Of a DNA stretch of 32,000 bases, positions 1-8,237 are shown piece after piece. Location of the stretch: positions 30,001-62,000 of the forward strand of contig SHMX01000009.1 of assembly GCA_008080745.1 (NCBI GenBank). Direction: 5' to 3'. A model generated the notes under the pieces. That model was not told the DNA's origin. It made no database searches and saw only the letters and a program-made list of their open reading frames with translations. This stretch comes from Candidatus Thorarchaeota archaeon (GTDB lineage Archaea; Asgardarchaeota; Thorarchaeia; Thorarchaeales; Thorarchaeaceae). The translations under genes and the position numbers were made by a program. Numbering within the stretch: the stretch's first letter is position 1; each line of letters begins with the position of its first letter.

Positions 1-56
1 ACCAGAATTTTTTCATCATCACATTCCACAATGAACCAATCAGACAGTGAACTCAT
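1..56 (-). CDS. Possible 5' fragment of a gene running off the window edge (MSSLSDWFIVECDDEKIL...)
   Basis: ATG at 56 on the minus strand, GGAG about 10 nt upstream, frame open to position 1, just downstream of the aldolase stop. Too short to identify. Confidence 0.3.
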   Translation of the reverse strand, partial: MSSLSDWFIVECDDEKIL

Positions 57-87
57 TGACTTATTCTCCCGAATAGGTCATCATATC

Positions 88-972
88 CTATGCCTTCATC
101 AATTCGTGCAGTTTTTTGGTCATAGATATGGCATCATCCCATTCTCTCTGCCACATGTTCCTGCCAAAAATCAGACCTGCTGCTCCTTCTTCAAGACATA
201 CTTGTGCTCGATGTATTACATCATCATCGCTGATCTTACTCCCTCCTGAGAATAACACTAATGTCTTTCCAGCACTCTTTATGACATGTTTGACTCTTTC
301 TCGATAGTCATAATCAAGCGAATGATAGGGCGCAGGTTGGTCTTTCTTTCGTTCATCAATCTCTGGAACATTTAGTTTGACAACATCCGCCCCAAGCTCA
401 GCTGCTACTCTAGCTGCGTAATCCACTGCATACAAAGAGTCGCGACCTCCCTTCTTTTCAATCGCTTCTCCTCTTGGGTATGCCCACATAATGACCGGCA
501 TTCCGTATCTGTCAGCATCATGCTTCACTTGACGAAATTGGTTCATGTCATCATATTGGGCAGGACTTCCTACGTACAAGGTATAGCCAATTGCGTCCGC
601 ACCGATACGGACTGCATCTTCAACCGAGGCGGTCATTGGTGATATCGCATGACTATCGGGTGGGATACTTGTCTTCCCATTGATTTTGAGCACGATAGGT
701 ACTTTTCCAGCGTATTGCCCCGCATATTTCTCTACTAATCCCAGATGTAATGCAATTCCTGAATATTTGCCCTCCAGAGCTAATTTGAATTGAAAGTCTG
801 GATCTGCAGAAACTGGATTGGGAAAGAAATCACGTGGTCCATGTTCCATTCCCTGATCTATTGGGAGAATAAGCAATCGTCCATTCCCTGGTCCGTGTTC
901 ATACATGAGTCTATGTAGTCGGACTCTTTTACCAAAACTGAGATGATTCAATACATCAAGTGTTATTGTCAT
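88..972 (-). CDS. fbaB: Class I (DhnA/FbaB-type) fructose-bisphosphate aldolase
   Basis: Motifs LPIDQGMEHGP, AIGYTLYVGS, WAYPRG, ADVVK (Schiff-base Lys), SGG and GLIFGRNMWQ; upstream GAGG/AGGT. Confidence 0.92.
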   Translation of the reverse strand: MTITLDVLNHLSFGKRVRLHRLMYEHGPGNGRLLILPIDQGMEHGPRDFFPNPVSADPDFQFKLALEGKYSGIALHLGLVEKYAGQYAGKVPIVLKINGKTSIPPDSHAISPMTASVEDAVRIGADAIGYTLYVGSPAQYDDMNQFRQVKHDADRYGMPVIMWAYPRGEAIEKKGGRDSLYAVDYAARVAAELGADVVKLNVPEIDERKKDQPAPYHSLDYDYRERVKHVIKSAGKTLVLFSGGSKISDDDVIHRAQVCLEEGAAGLIFGRNMWQREWDDAISMTKKLHELMKA

Positions 973-1102
973 TGTAATTACCTGCCTCTGATACCTCTAG
1001 ACACTGTACTTTTTCTATTTCCATCTTCCGCTACCTTATGAAACACCATAGCCGCCGAAAGAGATATGTCCTCTTTTCATTGCCAAATCATGAGGGTCAT
1101 TA

Positions 1103-1708
1103 TTGCAAATGGAAATTCTTGTAGAGATTTTGCTAATCGTGGTTTTTGCCCTGATTGGTGGTGCATTAGCCAGCTATCTAATGATTGTTCGTTATGAGGG
1201 GAATCTAGTCGATTTTCCTCATGAGATTGTTGCTGAGGATAATTTCATATCCACCAAAGAATTAGAAGAGCTTCTTCAATCAGAAGAAGTAGATTCTGAG
1301 AAAGTGCAAAAGATAATCGATTATACAAGCCAACAATCCGAATTGCAAGACTTTCACAAGTATCTCCGGACATATTTCTTGCCAGTTGAACTTGCAATAT
1401 TTCGAACCCTTGCAGAAGCAATGATTGAAGATGGGCCTATCACCATGGGGCCGGATCCTTATCTCGTAGGTGGATGGAGGAACAAGAATCAGATAATGGA
1501 GCGGGCTAAAGTTCCCAAAAAAGCCCTATATGGCAGGAATAATGTCATCAAAAGGTTTCTCACACTTGGGATTATTAAACGTAGGGCCTCTCGAAGTAAA
1601 TGGGGCCGTCAAAAATATCAGTATAGTCTCAACAAAGGCTTGGATATCGTTAAACGGTATGTTAGAACTTTGTGGGAAACCAAAGAAAAACACAATACCG
1701 ATAAGTAA
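1103..1708 (+). CDS. Hypothetical protein with an N-terminal transmembrane helix and a C-terminal winged-helix-like domain
   Basis: Hydrophobic residues ~5-28. C-terminal NKNQIMERAKVPKKALY...LTLGIIKRR...GRQKYQYSLN resembles HTH plus wing. Start is TTG 1103 or ATG 1109. Confidence 0.6.
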   Translation: MQMEILVEILLIVVFALIGGALASYLMIVRYEGNLVDFPHEIVAEDNFISTKELEELLQSEEVDSEKVQKIIDYTSQQSELQDFHKYLRTYFLPVELAIFRTLAEAMIEDGPITMGPDPYLVGGWRNKNQIMERAKVPKKALYGRNNVIKRFLTLGIIKRRASRSKWGRQKYQYSLNKGLDIVKRYVRTLWETKEKHNTDK

Positions 1709-1768
1709 CCAGTCTACTGACCTTATGGCTGATGTGTCATTACTACTTCAGCTATCTGGAGAATTACA

Positions 1769-2695
1769 ATGTGTTCGTATTATCGTACTGTTTTGGAAGA
1801 TGTAAAAATCCCATCTATCAGCTTGAAGGTGTGTAGAGTAGACGATGATAGGTTTCTCGCTAATACATATCTGATCGAGTCTTCCAGTGGTCTTGAGATT
1901 CTTCTTAAACCATGGATTGTAGGAGCTGAGCTTGCCAATCTAGCAAGAGAGTGCAGTATGGATTTTCTAAGAACCATGTATTATCTAGTTGACGAAATCA
2001 AAGTAGCAAGTTACGCAAATATAACAGAGGTTGTCCCTCTCGCTGGTGCACTATACTACAGCATTGCAGAGGCATTTGAAGAGGTCTACGGTGAAACGAT
2101 AAATCGATGTTTTGTGGGGGCTAAGAGGGTTTCTACGGAGGATGGATGGGAAACTAATCTGGCCTATGAGAATTTTGAAGCATTAACTCCCGAATCCATA
2201 ATTATTGTGGGGGACACCATCGCCACCGGAGGTACCATTATCAAGATCCTAGAAACAACAATTAGACAGCGTGACGATATTCAAGCATTAGTTGTCTTTT
2301 CTATTGCGGGTGGGGTTGATGGAGCCGTTCGTCTGAAAGAATTTGCCGATACAATCGACATCCCTCTATATGTCTTCTTTAGCAATGCCATCTTTGGAGT
2401 GGAACCCAACGGAACTGATATGCCTTGGCTTAGCCCACATACTATCAGTCCAGCAACTAACCTTAATTTGGCGAAAGAAGTATACGGTGAATGGCTTGGT
2501 CGTAATTGGTGTAGTGTCTGGGATTGGGGTGAGAGAGCCAAACAGCCCACCAAGCATCTTGAAGACTTAATTGAGAGATGTGACGCGGTCTTGTCAGAGT
2601 CAACAGATCCCAAAACGATTCAAGTACTTACCACGGTCAAAAAGGAAGCAAGTAATACATTAAATGACTTGCATTCCACACTCGTTTTAAAGTAA
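1769..2695 (+). CDS. Type I phosphoribosyltransferase-fold protein (UPRT-like, substrate unknown)
   Basis: PRPP-binding loop IIIVGDTIATGGT; VVPLAGALYY resembles the PRTase N-terminal loop. Confidence 0.65.
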   Translation: MCSYYRTVLEDVKIPSISLKVCRVDDDRFLANTYLIESSSGLEILLKPWIVGAELANLARECSMDFLRTMYYLVDEIKVASYANITEVVPLAGALYYSIAEAFEEVYGETINRCFVGAKRVSTEDGWETNLAYENFEALTPESIIIVGDTIATGGTIIKILETTIRQRDDIQALVVFSIAGGVDGAVRLKEFADTIDIPLYVFFSNAIFGVEPNGTDMPWLSPHTISPATNLNLAKEVYGEWLGRNWCSVWDWGERAKQPTKHLEDLIERCDAVLSESTDPKTIQVLTTVKKEASNTLNDLHSTLVLK

Positions 2696-2758
2696 TTAGG
2701 AAATATTATCCTTTTTCACCATTGTATAAATCTGCATCAATAAATAGGAAATACCTCC

Positions 2759-3634
2759 ATGATTCAAGCAGTATTTGTCTATGATGCAAAAGGTAACTTG
2801 TTGGCATCTCAGAAGACTGGTCGTGTCTTATCTGATTGCGATATAGGTAGATTTTCCAATGTGATATTCCGAATGGTTCAGTTTGCCCCGTCTGAGATTG
2901 AATGTTCAGCACTTGGCGATTTCATGATCTGCTATCTAGTGTCCAATGACGTATCTCTGATAATTGTTGCAGAACGTTCAGATAGTGAAATCAATCTTAC
3001 TCGAACCTGCCAAAAATTGAGTGAGAGAATCGAACTTCTAATCCATCAAAACAGAGTTCATGATATCTCACAAGCTATCATTGAGAATGTCTATGAGATG
3101 TCTATCAAAATATCTCTTTTTGGACTACCTGCTGTTGGAAAGACTACAATCAGCTGTCTAATAATGAAAGATCGAATTCCTCTCATTCACAATGCTACTA
3201 TAGGAGTTGAGGTGAAAATGGTGCCAGAAGGCATATTTGGTCCAAATCGTGGTCTTGTGCTCTGGGATATTGGTGGGCAGAGCAGATTTCGTAGTCTTTG
3301 GCCAAGATACCTTTCGGGTTCTAATCTAGTAATCAATGTTACAGATAGTAGTCTTTATAGCACACTCTGGTCGAAAAAGATGCTTTCACTTGTCCAAAAA
3401 GCAGCACCAGATGCATTATTATTGGGCATCGCAAACAAACAAGACCTTCCACAGGCACTTACTGGTCCTCGTGTCGAATCCATTCTTGGTATTCCAACTA
3501 CCGAGCTATGTGCAATCGATGCAATCCATTCTGATGAACGCGAATCATTGATTGATACTATTAGAAACATACTTGGTATTCCAACAGATGATGACAAATC
3601 TGATGAAGATTCAGCATCAGCCTGTGTGTTTTGA
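2759..3634 (+). CDS. Longin-like domain fused to an Arf/Rab-like small GTPase
   Basis: G1 GLPAVGKTT, G2 TIG, G3 WDIGGQ, RFRSLWPRY, G4 NKQD, G5 CAI. The N-terminal ~100 aa has a longin-like pattern (MIQAVFVYDAKGNLLAS). Confidence 0.88.
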   Translation: MIQAVFVYDAKGNLLASQKTGRVLSDCDIGRFSNVIFRMVQFAPSEIECSALGDFMICYLVSNDVSLIIVAERSDSEINLTRTCQKLSERIELLIHQNRVHDISQAIIENVYEMSIKISLFGLPAVGKTTISCLIMKDRIPLIHNATIGVEVKMVPEGIFGPNRGLVLWDIGGQSRFRSLWPRYLSGSNLVINVTDSSLYSTLWSKKMLSLVQKAAPDALLLGIANKQDLPQALTGPRVESILGIPTTELCAIDAIHSDERESLIDTIRNILGIPTDDDKSDEDSASACVF

Positions 3635-3717
3635 ATTGCACTCGTTAAAAATAATATATTGGTACGTGAAGGCTTACCTTTTTCAAGGACCGTTATACAG
3701 CAAAGAATGACCTACCA

Positions 3718-5724
3718 ATGTCAGTTTCAAAGGACCTTCTCAATCGTGCATTATACACAATCCGATTTTTATCGGCTGATGCAGTTCAGGCTGCTAACTC
3801 AGGACATCCTGGGATGCCAATGGGTGCCGCCTCCATGGCATACGCATTATGGATGAAGCAGCTACGTCACAATCCTGCCAATCCATCATGGCCGGATAGG
3901 GATCGCTTCATTCTGTCTGCTGGACATGGTTCGATGCTACTTTACTCATTGTTGCATCTTACTGGATATAATCTCTCACTTGATGACATCAAAGAGTTCA
4001 GGCAATGGGAGAGTAAGACACCTGGCCATCCAGAGTGTTGTCGCACTCCGGGTGTCGAGGTCACCACTGGACCTCTAGGACAAGGTGTGAGCAATGCTGT
4101 CGGAATGGCAATCGCTGAAAAGCATCTTGCGGCTGTGTTTAATATGCCAAATCATGATATAATAGACCACTATACCTATGCTATTGTTTCTGATGGTGAC
4201 CTTATGGAGGGTATTTCTTACGAGGCAACATCTATTGCAGGTCATTTAGGACTGGGCAAGCTAATCTTTCTCTATGATGATAACAGAATATCAATTGATG
4301 GAAGCACAGACCTGACTTTCAGTGATGACCATAAGGGTCGTTTTGAGAGTCTTGGTTGGCACTTCCAAGATGTCAAGGACGGGGATGATATTGAAGCAAT
4401 TACGAAAGCTATTATTGCCGCAAAGAAAGACCCACGTCCATCTCTAATTGATTGCCACACTCATATTGGTCTTGGACTTCCGACCTTACAGGACTCTGCT
4501 GAATCTCATGGTGCACCTCCTGGCGATGAAGAGCTGGATGCGGCAAAAGAAAAAGCAGGTTGGCCTGTTCAACCCCGTTTTCTCATACCTGATGATGTGA
4601 AAGAGCATTTTCGAGAATCCGTTACACGAGGTAAGAATTGGGAAGCTGAATGGGTAGAACGAATGGAAGCTTATGCGAAAGATCATCCTGACCTTGCCAA
4701 AGAACTCAAACGGAGAATAGCTGGTGAGTTACCTGACGGTTGGGAAACACACTTACCAAAATATGATGCTGATTCAAAAGGTGTTGCAACCCGAAATCCC
4801 TCTGGTGATGTGATTAATGCTCTTGCTTCAATCCTCCCTGAACTAATGGGTGGCTCTGCCGATCTTACCCCCTCTAATAAGACTTGGATAAAAGGTAGTG
4901 TTTCATTCCAGCGTGATAATCCTGAGGGCCGTAACATTCACTTTGGAGTTCGTGAACATGCCATGGGCGGGATTGTAAATGGTTTGGCAGCTCATGGTGG
5001 AATAATGCCTTATGCTGCTACGTTTATGATGTTCTCTGACTATATGCGGCCTGCTGTTCGAATATCTGCTCTCTCAGGCCATTCAAGCATATGGTTGTTT
5101 ACACATGATAGCATTGGATTGGGAGAAGATGGCCCGACTCATCAGCCAATAGAACATTTAGCAAGTCTTAGAGCCATACCTGAACTTGTAGTGATAAGAC
5201 CAAATGATGCCAATGAGGTTGTTGAGGCATGGAAGGCTGCAATACTCCGACGAGATGGCCCCACTTTGATATCGATGACTAGACAAAAAGTACCAATTAT
5301 TGACCGATCCAAATTCACCTCGGCGGATGAACTGCACAAGGGTGCATACGTTCTTGCTGATTTGGGCGACAACGATCCTGATATCATCCTGATGGCAACT
5401 GGTTCCGAGGTTCATCTTATCACAGAGGCTGGCCAGAAATTGGCGGATGAAGGAGTTGCTGTTCGTTTGGTATCGTTTCCAAGTTGGGAACTATTCAAAA
5501 AACAGAGCTCAGAGTACCGCGATTCGGTCTTGCCTCCCTCGGTCAGGAAGCGACTTGCTGTTGAGGCGGGTAGAAGTCTTGGATGGCATCAGTGGGTTGG
5601 TGACCAAGGCGATATTATCTCTATTGATGAGTTTGGAGTGTCTGCTCCATCTGATGTAGCATTCCGTGGTTTTGGTTTCACTACAGAGAATGTGCTTGAA
5701 CGGGCACGTAAGCTTCTAGAGTAG
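3718..5724 (+). CDS. tkt: Transketolase, full-length single-chain bacterial type
   Basis: [29 protein letters not shown], ThDP motif SDGDLMEG...[27 protein letters not shown]. Confidence 0.97.
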   Translation: MSVSKDLLNRALYTIRFLSADAVQAANSGHPGMPMGAASMAYALWMKQLRHNPANPSWPDRDRFILSAGHGSMLLYSLLHLTGYNLSLDDIKEFRQWESKTPGHPECCRTPGVEVTTGPLGQGVSNAVGMAIAEKHLAAVFNMPNHDIIDHYTYAIVSDGDLMEGISYEATSIAGHLGLGKLIFLYDDNRISIDGSTDLTFSDDHKGRFESLGWHFQDVKDGDDIEAITKAIIAAKKDPRPSLIDCHTHIGLGLPTLQDSAESHGAPPGDEELDAAKEKAGWPVQPRFLIPDDVKEHFRESVTRGKNWEAEWVERMEAYAKDHPDLAKELKRRIAGELPDGWETHLPKYDADSKGVATRNPSGDVINALASILPELMGGSADLTPSNKTWIKGSVSFQRDNPEGRNIHFGVREHAMGGIVNGLAAHGGIMPYAATFMMFSDYMRPAVRISALSGHSSIWLFTHDSIGLGEDGPTHQPIEHLASLRAIPELVVIRPNDANEVVEAWKAAILRRDGPTLISMTRQKVPIIDRSKFTSADELHKGAYVLADLGDNDPDIILMATGSEVHLITEAGQKLADEGVAVRLVSFPSWELFKKQSSEYRDSVLPPSVRKRLAVEAGRSLGWHQWVGDQGDIISIDEFGVSAPSDVAFRGFGFTTENVLERARKLLE

Positions 5725-5733
5725 AGAATTCCT

Positions 5734-6408
5734 CTACTCCCCCTCTTTTTCTCTTAGTCTTAGAACATCTAATGCAAATATGTTCATGACCTGTTTCTCT
5801 ACTCTTCGCAGTCTTTCCTGCATGGCCACTCGCTTGATGCCTATCTCGCGTGCCAGATCTGAGATTGTCACCTTTCTTGGTATCTCGTAATATCCTGAAA
5901 AGTAGGCTAACTCAAAAGCTTCTTTCTGTTTCTTTGTGAGGTTGGAATAGAAAGGATATTGTGGCAATGGGAATCTCCGATATATTTTGACAGTATCGTA
6001 TCTATCTCTCAAGACATGTATGAGATTTCTAAGGGCGTTTTGTGATGGAGCAAGGACAACATGATATTGTATACCATTCTCAATTAGAATGGGCAGTTTT
6101 GACATACAACCATTGGATAATATTCGTTCGTAGATTGATTCTTCGTTGAGTCGATGAACGACTCTCGTCCAATAGACCTCTTTTGACCTGTGTGAAACCC
6201 GGACACTGACAATGCTGGATGATTGACTGAGTTCTTCCACATATTGAATCAAAACATCTTCTCCATGGTCTGACTCTAATATTCCAAATCCGGTATCACC
6301 ATTGATTGTAAGAATTGATACCTTGACTGGAATTCTTTTAGTGAGCTCACAGGAATAGTATTCCGTGGAGCTAATTGCTATGGTACTCTGAACAATCAAA
6401 TCAATCAC
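5734..6408 (-). CDS. Bacterio-opsin-activator-type (HTH_10) transcriptional regulator
   Basis: C-terminal LTKKQKEAFELAYFSGYYEIPRKVTISDLAREIGIKRVAMQERLRRVE is the Bat-type HTH signature; GTG start. Confidence 0.85.
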   Translation of the reverse strand: MIDLIVQSTIAISSTEYYSCELTKRIPVKVSILTINGDTGFGILESDHGEDVLIQYVEELSQSSSIVSVRVSHRSKEVYWTRVVHRLNEESIYERILSNGCMSKLPILIENGIQYHVVLAPSQNALRNLIHVLRDRYDTVKIYRRFPLPQYPFYSNLTKKQKEAFELAYFSGYYEIPRKVTISDLAREIGIKRVAMQERLRRVEKQVMNIFALDVLRLREKEGE

Positions 6409-6433
6409 CCGTCATATGACGGCACTATACTGA

Positions 6434-7402
6434 TTGGTAAAAAAATTCATGCATTTTACTGCGATTGATATGATTTCACAAATACAGGACAAAGAAAGGC
6501 AACATTACATCGCTGTGGGGCTGGCTATATTTGTCACCATTTTATGGTCCTCTTCTTGGGTTATCATCAAATATGGGCTTCAAGAGATACCTCCCCTAGC
6601 TTTTTCAGGTCTCAGATATGCTTTGGCTTCTCTCATCTTATTGTGTGTCATTTTAGTCCGCCCAGAGATGCGAGCACATACTCGGTTTCAAGGGCGAAAA
6701 TGGTGGGGCCGGCTTTTTCTATATGGGACTATATTTGTAACAATAACACAAGGTGCTCAATTTTTGGGTCTTGCATTATTGCCTGCAGTAACTGTTTCTA
6801 TGTTACTCAATCTCACTCCTATTGTTGTACTAATAATGGGTGTTTTTCTTCTTCACGAGATACCAAATAAGAAGCAAGTTGGTTGGATATTGATTGGAGT
6901 GTCTGGAGCTCTCCTATACTTTTGGCCTGTTATTCTTCCAGCAACTCAAACTATTGGTGTGCTTATTGTCATCTGCGGTGTTATTGCCAACGCTCTCTCC
7001 TCAATACTAGGTAGATCTATTAATCGAGAAATGACCACTCCTCCCGTTGTTGTGACAGGCATAAGCATGGCTTTTGGTTCAACTCTTTTGCTCATCTCCA
7101 GTATCATATTGGAAGGGTATGTTCAACTCAGCCCATTTTCTTGGTTCTTGATTATCTGGCTTAGTGTAGTGAATACAGCAATTGCATTCACTATATGGAA
7201 TAAAGCGATGCAGTTTCTTCGTGCTATTGATATCTCCATAATAAATGGCACAATGCTACCTCAAATTGTAGTGTTATCTATGATCTTTCTAGACGAAATA
7301 CCCGATTTTACAGACTGGGTCGCTTTGGTCATGGTTGTGTTTAGTGTCTTATTTCTGCAATTAAATCAGGCAAAACAAAAGAAGTCTGTTACTATGGAAT
7401 AG
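6434..7402 (+). CDS. DMT superfamily (EamA-type) transporter, ~10 TM
   Basis: LWSSSWVIIKYGL, PPLAFSGLRY, two EamA repeats. The real start may be a downstream ATG. Divergent from the Bat-HTH gene. Confidence 0.88.
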   Translation: MVKKFMHFTAIDMISQIQDKERQHYIAVGLAIFVTILWSSSWVIIKYGLQEIPPLAFSGLRYALASLILLCVILVRPEMRAHTRFQGRKWWGRLFLYGTIFVTITQGAQFLGLALLPAVTVSMLLNLTPIVVLIMGVFLLHEIPNKKQVGWILIGVSGALLYFWPVILPATQTIGVLIVICGVIANALSSILGRSINREMTTPPVVVTGISMAFGSTLLLISSIILEGYVQLSPFSWFLIIWLSVVNTAIAFTIWNKAMQFLRAIDISIINGTMLPQIVVLSMIFLDEIPDFTDWVALVMVVFSVLFLQLNQAKQKKSVTME

Positions 7403-7727
7403 TAAGAGTCCTCACAAGAGGTGGCACTTTTCCTTTATGTCGAATTGAGAATCCTATACTTTTGCGTTTCCTCTTGGGAATAATCTTGGCTAAATAATAT
7501 CGTAGTGATTCATTTCCCGCGTCTTCAATGCCACAGTCACCATTCTGCAAAGCTTCTGCAATTGTTTGATTTACAGTCCTACCTAGACAAATTGATTCTG
7601 AATCAAATGGTGGTTTACCATCGATTATCGCATATATTTTTTCAGAGGAGTCATACCCTTCTTTTCCTACAACTTCATGGTATGTGAATGGGCCACGCCA
7701 ATAGATTTCGTATTGTGTCATCAGCAT
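7392..7727 (-). CDS. Small hypothetical protein, possibly a degenerate GIY-YIG-like domain
   Basis: WRGPF...KIYAI...ICLGRT..QTIA pattern; basic low-complexity tail; overlaps the DMT 3' end by 11 nt. Confidence 0.4.
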   Translation of the reverse strand: MLMTQYEIYWRGPFTYHEVVGKEGYDSSEKIYAIIDGKPPFDSESICLGRTVNQTIAEALQNGDCGIEDAGNESLRYYLAKIIPKRKRKSIGFSIRHKGKVPPLVRTLTIP

Positions 7728-8237
7728 CCAACATTCTCTTTCTCTTGAAGTGCAATAAGAAGTTCACTCGAAAAGTCCGAGTTATGATGTTTATATTTCT
7801 ATCAACTCATCTCTTTATTGAACTAGAAAAGCAAATAGTTCATGAATAATACAATTATGCGTATGCTATTCCCGTTTCTAATAATAGCTTTCTGAGGATT
7901 TTGACTTAATAATTAACTAATTTCTATATTGTATTTGCCATAATATTGGTGGTTTCCCACTACCAATACTCTCTATTTTGCATTATGGGGTTGCGGACGG
8001 TTCTCTTTCGGAATCCTATAATGCTTTTATCGCTCGCAATCCTGTAGAGGTTGTTCCTTTTGTGATGAAACTTTTTCAATTTCTATTTTCTCACATTGAG
8101 TTATCCCATTTCTACTATAACCATTTCTACGAATAGCTAATCGTGGACTTTCGCTTAAAATCTTCTATACGTATCCTGTAGTGGGTTATTCTACTAACCT
8201 GGTGGCGATTTCGACTCGGCCGCATGGTGATATAGAA

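Noticed and set aside
3623-3634. Canonical CaaX prenylation box
   Set aside because: The Cys is third, not fourth, from the C-terminus (A-C-V-F-stop). Kept only as a weaker finding.
7921-8136. 71-codon open frame in the SBP upstream gap
   Set aside because: No ATG near its 5' end, no RBS, and Phe/Tyr/His-biased composition typical of AT-rich non-coding DNA.
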